Below, in pieces: positions 57,601 to 64,000 of a stretch of DNA of 64,000 nt; position 1 is the first letter of the stretch; each line of letters opens with the position of its first letter. Origin of the DNA: Tubulanus polymorphus (taxonomy: Eukaryota; Animalia; Nemertea). The notes beneath the pieces are model-generated. The model was given only the letters and a program-made list of their open reading frames with translations. It ran no database searches and was not told where the DNA came from. Location of the stretch: assembly GCF_964204645.1 (NCBI RefSeq), contig NC_134029.1, positions 21,260,950 to 21,324,949 on the forward strand, read 5' to 3'. The position numbers were made by a program, and so were the translations under genes.

Positions 57601-60600
57601 ATATAAATTTGAAAACTGCATGTTTTGTTCAACCTCTGGTGGGAATTTGGTGCATCTAATCAGGCTCGGAGAAATTCAGTTTTGAAAAAGTTGTGTGGCT
57701 TATTGGACACCCTGTTTTTTGGCTACCTATAGTTATCACTGGCCCCACGAGATGTTGCCATGAGTATTTGACCCCAAAATTTATATCTAAATGATAGGTT
57801 TTTTGATGAGATTTTTTGCTAGTGTCAAGGCTTGGTCAATTCTAGAATGGTCCAAATTTAGACCGTTCTAAATAACATAGCGCGAACACAGCTCTACCCT
57901 TCTAATTGTTTTATTTTCTACTGGTTATCTCAGGATTCAGAAGGTTCTGAAAGATTTGTGCAAATACGTCCAGCAGCAGAGCTCCGGTCCTTGGCCGCAA
58001 AACCGCGTTTCAGCGCTGGATCGAGCTCTCGGTGAAATCAGTCGCATATTGGAGAAAAAGGTAGTTGAAATATCAGGGAACAATTGCGGAGATAAATCTT
58101 AAGTAGGGACATAGCGTTTCGGTCTTTTAGAAAATGAACTAAATTCAATGTTGAAACGAATCAAATTATTCTTACGATTGTTACGACGAAGAATAATTGC
58201 TGAATTTCGACTGATTGTAAATGATTTGTTTATTTTAGGTAGCGGTGGATCAGAACACATTTCGTATTTGTGGCGGGATACCGATCGTGTGTAATATACT
58301 GTCCGTGATCGAGAATTCCAGTCTTACCTTGCCTCCCGTTATCCCTAACAAGTAAGTAAAGCAAAGTTGGAACATTTCTGTAAAATTCTACGATTTTTTC
58401 TTTGTTTCAATTTTATGCGATACGCCTTAAACATTTTGTTTGGTTTGTCGTATAGGTCGCTAATCCTGGCGTGTAACGTGCTTCGTTTTGCCTGTAAGGG
58501 ATCGTATGAGAATTGCCATTACATGTTGTTCAGTAATAAAATTGCGTTGATTACCGACCTCCTAGCCCACCGCCTAGAGGTAAGATTTGACTAATTAGAT
58601 CTTTTCTCATTGACATCGGATAAGAACATCCGACAGTGTTCTGTGGAACCTTGAATAAATAGATGAATGTCTACAGCGTTTAATGCATGTTCATTATTTA
58701 TTTTGTTTTCGAGATTCAAATTTACTTAATAACATTTGGCATGGACAGAGCCATAAAGGCTCGCATACAGCGCATACAGAATTCAAATTCGAATAAAGCA
58801 GAGTTTTTCATTTCAATTCCTGTCTTATTCCGGTCTTTTACTTATTGAACTATTGTGTTATTTCGTAGATCTTGATTCCGGATCATTTCAACTCGTTGTT
58901 AGAGAGCAGCCTGAACAGTCTGTCGAGTTTGATGATCAAACTGCCCGATGATTCCGTCAGTACGGGATTGATGCAGGTCATATCGACGAGTTTGTCGTGT
59001 TTGGCGAAGAAGAACCCGACGGCGACCTCGAGCGAAGCGTCGGCCGAACGGATGACCGTCTCGGCGGACGCTTTCATTAACCGTAGTAACGATATCATCA
59101 GGTAAATACGACGTGAACAGTAACGGATGCAATAAGTTGTTTTCAATCACGAGATTGATTTATCATCAAATGAAAAATTTTATGGGAACGGTATTAAGAT
59201 TCGGAATAAGTCTGCGTCAATTTGTTGATTATTTTTGCCAAACTTTCTCAAGGTACCTCGGTAAAATCGAGCCTTTTAATCAGTCAGAATATTTCGCACT
59301 TGACAGCGTATACAACTGCACTTGAGCGGAATTAGCGAATTCATACCCGAGATTGCTTACGCATGTTGCGCGTTATCCGATTGATGTTTACCGGTAATTG
59401 CTTTGTTTTACAGTTATTTAATCAGCGTCGGAGTCGTCGATAAGTTGCACCAGTATTTCAGCGGAGTTCGCGAACCAATCGACGACGACATACCTGCGTC
59501 AGACTTCCTCACCCATAGTCTCGCTCTACTCTGTTCGATGATCCGAGTTAATACTAAAAAGTATGTGACACTTTAAACCTGTTCAACTGTCAGAATCGAC
59601 AAAATATCGACGGAATTTTACTCCCAATTCACACTGAGAACTTGTTAGATAATCATACAATCTTTAATTAAATCCACTTAAAACTTTGATACTCTGGATA
59701 ATGTTTGAGCACTTACTTGTAAGCTTTCGCGTACTACTTATTATGGGAGCATTCATTTATTACGTAAATAATAAATAATTTTTCAACCCCCCTCCCCCTC
59801 TGTACGCAAAATCGGCCATTTTTTCATATACATTAAACATTACATTACGCAGTTGCACTGACCCCTCCTCTCCCCTAATGCGAACGTATTTAATGAATGA
59901 CCCCTATCTAAAACCTGGATAGATGAATCTACATCAATGTCATACAATCTTGCTGATGTTAGAATTGATTACTTTTGCAGAAGTTCGAACGTTTTTGAGA
60001 AGAATTGTAAAATTCAAGACCCCACCCAACTGATCAGTACGTTCAGCGCGACCGAACTGTTCGGCATCGTATCGTTACTGTACGGCATGTTACTGCACGG
60101 TGACGCCCCCTCTAGGAGAGATACGGAATCACCTCCCGAGCTACCCCTTCATACGCTGAACGTGACGGTGAGCGCCATCAAAATGCTGAACTCGATGGCC
60201 GCCCTCGATTTGAATACATTCCAGGTAAGATTCACAATCTCGATTATTTCATACTGGATATAATGAACTATCGGCTATAACGAACATATTTTCTGGTCGC
60301 CTAAAGTTCGTCGTAACGAGGTTCCACTGTGAGAGTCTATAGCCGAAACGTTTCTCAAATACCGTATGAACCTTTCTCGAGAATTTGATATCTTTGGCTG
60401 AATTATTGTGGGATTTCTCTTATATTCATTTTACACTTGGATCTTCTTGATTTAATCTTTGAAGAATGTATTCGGAAAAAAAATTGGCTTGAATACAATT
60501 TTGATGATAATGGATTTTATATAATTTTTTAATTATAGAAATCGCTCGGCGAAGAAGGCACGTGGCTCGAATATCGTCATATATGTAGTTATTTATTGTG

Positions 60601-62601
60601 GTATTGTTCTCATTACCCGAGCAATGACGATCTTCAACACGAAATCATTTTGTGCGTCGGATATTTCACCGCTTTAAACCAGGACAATCAGGTAGATTTC
60701 TTGCCTTTCAAGTCCGTCCTTCACCTTTTCAGGCTGTTGATTTCTGTGTTAGTCGCTTAAAGTCTTGCCTTAGTTCCATTGTTTAAGGTTAATCTTTAAG
60801 ATTAAATGACCAATTTATTTGACTCCAATTTAATTCGTTACTGTTGGATTCTCCTGAATTAGTGAATCTTAGTTCTAAAATTTGCGCCAGTCTTGGCTTT
60901 TTTTATTTACAAATGGCACTCAGGATTTCCTGATCACACGCGGCCAGTACTCAAAAATTATTTAGAGTTAGCCGATGGACGGTTGACATGGTGACAATTA
61001 AAACTTCATTATTATTTGCAGCCGCGCATAAGTATTTTGCCATCAGGAAGTGCTGACACCTTCAGGGCGAATTTCCAACTAAACTAACGTCGTCTACTCG
61101 TTCTCAGATGGCCCTCTATAAGTTGTATTGTTATTTTCGAGTTTTTACACGCTCTTAATGTGTCATTCTTCCCCATTAAAAAAAAGACAACTTTTCGAAT
61201 GCTTGTATTGTGCATTAGACGAGTATACTTGACCGGCGTTCGAGCGATGCGCGTTCAGCGATCTGAACGACAACTTCACGTCAACATTTCCCGTACATCG
61301 CGACTTTTTACCCCATTAGAGTCGAGTTATAACAAGTTCAGTTCGTGTCTCCGAATCCAGCACAATTATGCTTGTATTATATAGGCCTATACGGTACACA
61401 TGTAATTATAGCTTCATGTGGTAATATTCTTTTAATAATAATGATAATAAGTCTTAATTTCGTACAAAAAGTACAGACTACAGGACGAAAAAAAGAGAAT
61501 ACAAAAGTGCAAAAAAATACTCATTCAATTGGAAAAACGTATTTACACAATGAATTATTCAAGGACATAGATTCAAGCTACGTGTTGGCTACATGACTCA
61601 GCAGATATACAGCAATGGTTGATTAGGTCTTTCATCTCATATTTGCTAAATTGAAAGTCAGGGGATGGATGAAACAGTACGTAAACTAAGTCAAAAATAT
61701 GCTGGGCTGCGCAACTGTGGGTTTAAATTCAACCCTTTACTAGTTATCAGACAGCCATTTTGATAAATTTTGTTACCTTTCGATAAAATATCTAAATGGC
61801 CTATTACATAGCGTGCTAAACTTGATCAATATCCACTATGGGTAAACATCGACTAGTTATTATCATTATTATTACAACTACCGTAATTTAACTTGCTGGT
61901 TCATTCATTTAACGTTTTGTTACATTGGTTGAATTCTAGTACCTACTACTAACATACGATTAATTATCACCTGACAATCCTCTAGTGGGAGGGTGGTCAT
62001 CACCTGGCTGGGGGTATTATTCCTGGTACGAATTACCCGTGAACTAAGGCCCATCGTAGGCGTTACATTAGTTAAATCCTAAAACCGCCAAAATTAATTT
62101 TCACCGCACAATCCTCTAGAGTCCTGGGGGTCGTCACTTCTGGACTGTGGCTGTTGGTGGTATCATTCCTAGACCCTATGAAAATGACCCTACAGCGTGA
62201 AAAATCATTTTTTCGTCGTGCGGAATTTTCAGTAATATGAGATAGCGAAACTCTGTGATAGTGATACAATAAACAGTGATTATAAGGCCGAAAAATTAAT
62301 ACCTTGTTTCGTGACAAGGTATCGTTTTTGTTTAGCCTAATGTATAGTTTTTATACAGGTTCTGCAAATGTCTTAATGAATTACGACGATATTTTGTATA
62401 TATTTTCAGTTATTCATTCAGTCTGGCCAGCCTCCGACCGTGTTGCAGCAGTTGTGTTCGTTGCCGTTCCAGTATTTCAGCGACCCGAAACTGATGAACA
62501 TACTTTATCCGACCCTCATCGCCTGTTGCTATGACAACTCGGCCAACCGTGCCATTCTCGAACACGAGCTCAGTTGTGAATTGTTGGCGAACTTTTTGGA
62601 G
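42659..62601 (+). CDS. SCAPER: S phase cyclin A-associated protein in the ER (SCAPER); spliced gene, 3' partial
   Basis: 26 phase-consistent exons: 42659-42823, 42983-43094, 43662-43957, 44345-44445, 44528-44668, 45338-45501, 45604-46304, 46836-47006, 47189-47234, 47331-47566, 48135-48275, 48362-48463, 48547-48600, 48787-49011, 49417-49575, 50151-50252, 51150-51280, 55895-55960, 57934-58060, 58239-58351, 58456-58579, 58869-59101, 59414-59560, 59981-60224, 60539-60691, 62410-62601 (4446 nt). Signature motifs: [78 protein letters not shown]2H2 finger CHVC...[19 protein letters not shown]. Confidence 0.96.
43662..43957 (+). CDS. SCAPER: SCAPER exon 3 (SCAPER_N domain)
   Basis: ttttcag|...[37 protein letters not shown]|gtaaga. 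Confidence 0.95.
44705..44842. mobile_element. MITE 'GGGCCAGTTGCA/GACTTAAGTC' family (PIF/Harbinger-like)
   Basis: TIRs gggccagttgcacagtc / gactatgcaaccggccc; relatives at 52871-53010 (CAG-flanked), 53014-53139, ~53985-54100, 54210-54630. Confidence 0.72.
45604..46304 (+). CDS. SCAPER: SCAPER exon 7 (low-complexity region)
   Basis: tatag|...DMDGWETV...GKKLK|gttagg; matches ORF 45615-46427. Confidence 0.9.
46336..46622. mobile_element. Second, more diverged copy of the piggyBac-type MITE
   Basis: Colinear with 9746-10033 (ttaa-tcctttctatgcgtctacac...taattagtcagcactgaaagag); in SCAPER intron 7. Confidence 0.8.
46630..46795 (-). mobile_element. Probable tRNA-derived SINE fragment
   Basis: Minus strand shows an A-box-like TAGTGGTTTAAG and a B-box-like GTTCGAATCC followed by a T-run; no cloverleaf. 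Confidence 0.4.
47588..48005. mobile_element. 'CAGGGTCCCTAC' MITE copy
   Basis: Same internal sequence as 7042-7451; TSD TTTAA on both sides. Confidence 0.78.
49417..50252 (+). CDS. SCAPER: SCAPER exons 15-16 encoding the C2H2 (matrin-like) zinc finger
   Basis: 49417-49575 joined to 50151-50252 gives [18 protein letters not shown]|[18 protein letters not shown]. Confidence 0.92.
49628..49970. mobile_element. 'CAGGGTCCCTAC' MITE copy
   Basis: aaggtccctacgactccttgattcc...gaatgattgatctgtaggaacc; right end degraded. Confidence 0.72.
51375..51586. mobile_element. 'CAGGGTGGCCAC' MITE copy
   Basis: cagggcggcc...aatggccaccctg; aaaaatcagggaaaagtcag subrepeats. Confidence 0.72.
52871..53139. mobile_element. 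Two adjacent copies of the GGGCCAGTT MITE in opposite orientations
   Basis: ggccagttcc...ggaaccggccc-cag-gggtcagttc...ggaaccggccc. Confidence 0.7.
54270..54600. repeat. 47-bp tandem repeat (7 copies) inside a MITE
   Basis: aaaatgagc anchor at 54293, 54340, 54387, 54434, 54481, 54528 and 54575 (last is acaatgagc). Confidence 0.9.
54942..55713. repeat. 20-bp C-rich minisatellite (~38 units, consensus CCCGCCGCTCGCTACCCCTC)
   Basis: 20-nt periodicity directly visible; it produces the spurious Pro-rich ORF 54903-55643. Confidence 0.95.
55895..55960 (+). CDS. SCAPER: SCAPER exon 18 (66 nt, isolated between two long introns)
   Basis: attacag|G GGA CAA GAG TAT...GCA AA|gtaagt; [22 protein letters not shown], phase 2-2; fits the segment expected between RMTQR and IQKVLKDL. 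Confidence 0.88.
59745..59904. mobile_element. PIF/Harbinger-like MITE
   Basis: Imperfect TIRs gggagcattcatttattacgt / acgtatttaatgaatgacccc; TSD TAT. Confidence 0.72.
62410..62601 (+). CDS. SCAPER: SCAPER exon 26 (C-terminal conserved domain)
   Basis: ttttcag|[43 protein letters not shown]...LANFLE|gtgcgt. Confidence 0.95.
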
Positions 62602-63129
62602 GTGCGTATGTATGGTAGATAGGAAATAATTGAATTATCGCTTGCTCGATGCGTAACACGTAACCTTATGAATTCTTTACTGATGGAGGAACTGTAAGCA
62701 TGTTGGTTATAAGAGGTTCGCAACTTTGACGATTCAGCGTAAAGAAGGACACGCGATCGATGGTTCGCGGCTTGTAAGATTTTTGTTGAAGGAATGAACC
62801 GGTCTTAAGTGAGAAACACGTTCAAGTAAAACATCTAGGTCATATATTTGTTTATTAGAACATAGCGATATTCAGTGCAGCGATATATATCCACCGATGA
62901 ATGTGGATTTCATATAAGCGGCTATCGCAGAAGCGTTTTTGCCAGTGTCGGATTAGGACCGCCCCAGCTGTTCGCATCAGCGTCAAATGAGTCCGTGTAT
63001 GTTTGACTTAAGCACGGGTCAAATTATATCCGGTGATCGCTAATTCTTGGTTCTGGAAGTGACTCACCTCACTCGTTTTGATAGTATTTTAGTGTTGAGT
63101 GAGTGGTTTACTTGTAAATGCAGTTATAA

Positions 63130-63423
63130 CAGGGTGGCCACTTAGCTGGAAATCAGGGAAAAGTCAGGGAATTTTCTAATCTTAAGAATAGTCAGACAAT
63201 AGTCAGGGAATTTTGTAAAAAGCTAAAAATCAGGGAACAGTGCAGGCAATTTGTTGATATTGCTACCGTTATATCGTGCGTAAAATCAAACAGTTTCTGT
63301 GAATGTGTCACGTACGTATTTGATCGTGTTAATTGATTGGATTCTTAGCAGATCTGGAAAAACAACGTGCATGCCAGGGAAAAGTCAGGGGGAAAAGCAT
63401 GTCAACTTAAAGTGGCCACCCTT
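63130..63423. mobile_element. 'CAGGGTGGCCAC' MITE copy
   Basis: cagggtggccactt...aagtggccaccctt; TSD TATAA. Confidence 0.8.
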
Positions 63424-64000
63424 TATAAGCCACAGGTCTAGTCCGGGTCAAATCATCCCCACGTGAAACCATGGCTAAAGAAACCATGGCTAAAGAACGT
63501 ACAACTTTCATATTAAGTTTCTTGGAAGGATAAAAGTTCTGTTACGAGTTGAAACAGGATAGAGTGGGTGACTGGCTGAAACGACGCGAGTTGATCAGGA
63601 AATCTCACACACTCGTCGATAGGTTGACGCGGTACATACGAAATCCTATTTTCATTGTTAGCGCCACCGCCCGCACTCTCCCTTTCTCTTCATCTGAGAA
63701 AACAGGATGAAATTTATGAGATTTTGATGAGGACACACGAACTCACTCACTCACTCGAGTCGAATCTCACTGGTGATGATTTACACAATAACGCAAACAG
63801 CTCGGTATTGTTCATTGATGAAAAATCATGGCGCAATACGACGTGTTTCTCGTCGTAAAGATTACCGACCCCGGCTGCGAGCTTCGTAATTATCAATTTT
63901 GAAATTTACCTTCGTTTAAACGCGTTGTTTATTTCGAAGGCTTTCACCGAGCTTCTACGATGTAATTACGGTATAATTTCGTTTCTGAAAATAAGAAATA

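Noticed and set aside
51281-57933. Nested protein-coding gene in the long SCAPER introns
   Set aside because: Only short ORFs without recognisable domains or a coherent exon chain were visible on either strand; a non-coding transcript cannot be excluded by eye.
62602-64000. Final SCAPER exon within the window
   Set aside because: I found no acceptor followed by the expected conserved C-terminus (an RFP...W...F-type motif); ORF 63655-63858 has no SCAPER similarity.

Overview
This is metazoan (eukaryotic) genomic DNA, not prokaryotic. It has AT-rich GT-AG introns, CpG-rich exons and many short non-autonomous transposons. An invertebrate source is likely but is my inference. Three multi-exon genes lie on the + strand, and I built each by hand with consistent intron phases. 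(1) A Shroom-family gene (PDZ ... ASD2/SD2) has 9 coding exons at 1576-32922, including a 3.7 kb exon; its first exon lies left of the window. (2) A complete hnRNP A/B-family gene (2 RRMs, RGG/Gly-rich tail, C-terminal PY-NLS) has 11 exons at 35281-41084 and encodes about 325 aa. (3) SCAPER has 26 coding exons at 42659-62601, with its last exon(s) apparently beyond the right edge. Most short ORFs in the supplied track are noise or exon fragments. The most interesting non-coding signals are: a ~900 bp nested palindrome built from Penelope-type minimal hammerhead-ribozyme motifs (9353-10253); competing RNA helices and a dense UAGG cluster in hnRNP introns (possible autoregulation); selectively expanded CpG-rich SCAPER introns (candidate Islet enhancers); a candidate 21-nt SCAPER microexon or alternative start; MITE families with 5-bp TSDs; and a 47-bp satellite amplified inside a MITE. 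All coordinates were read by eye and no searches were run.
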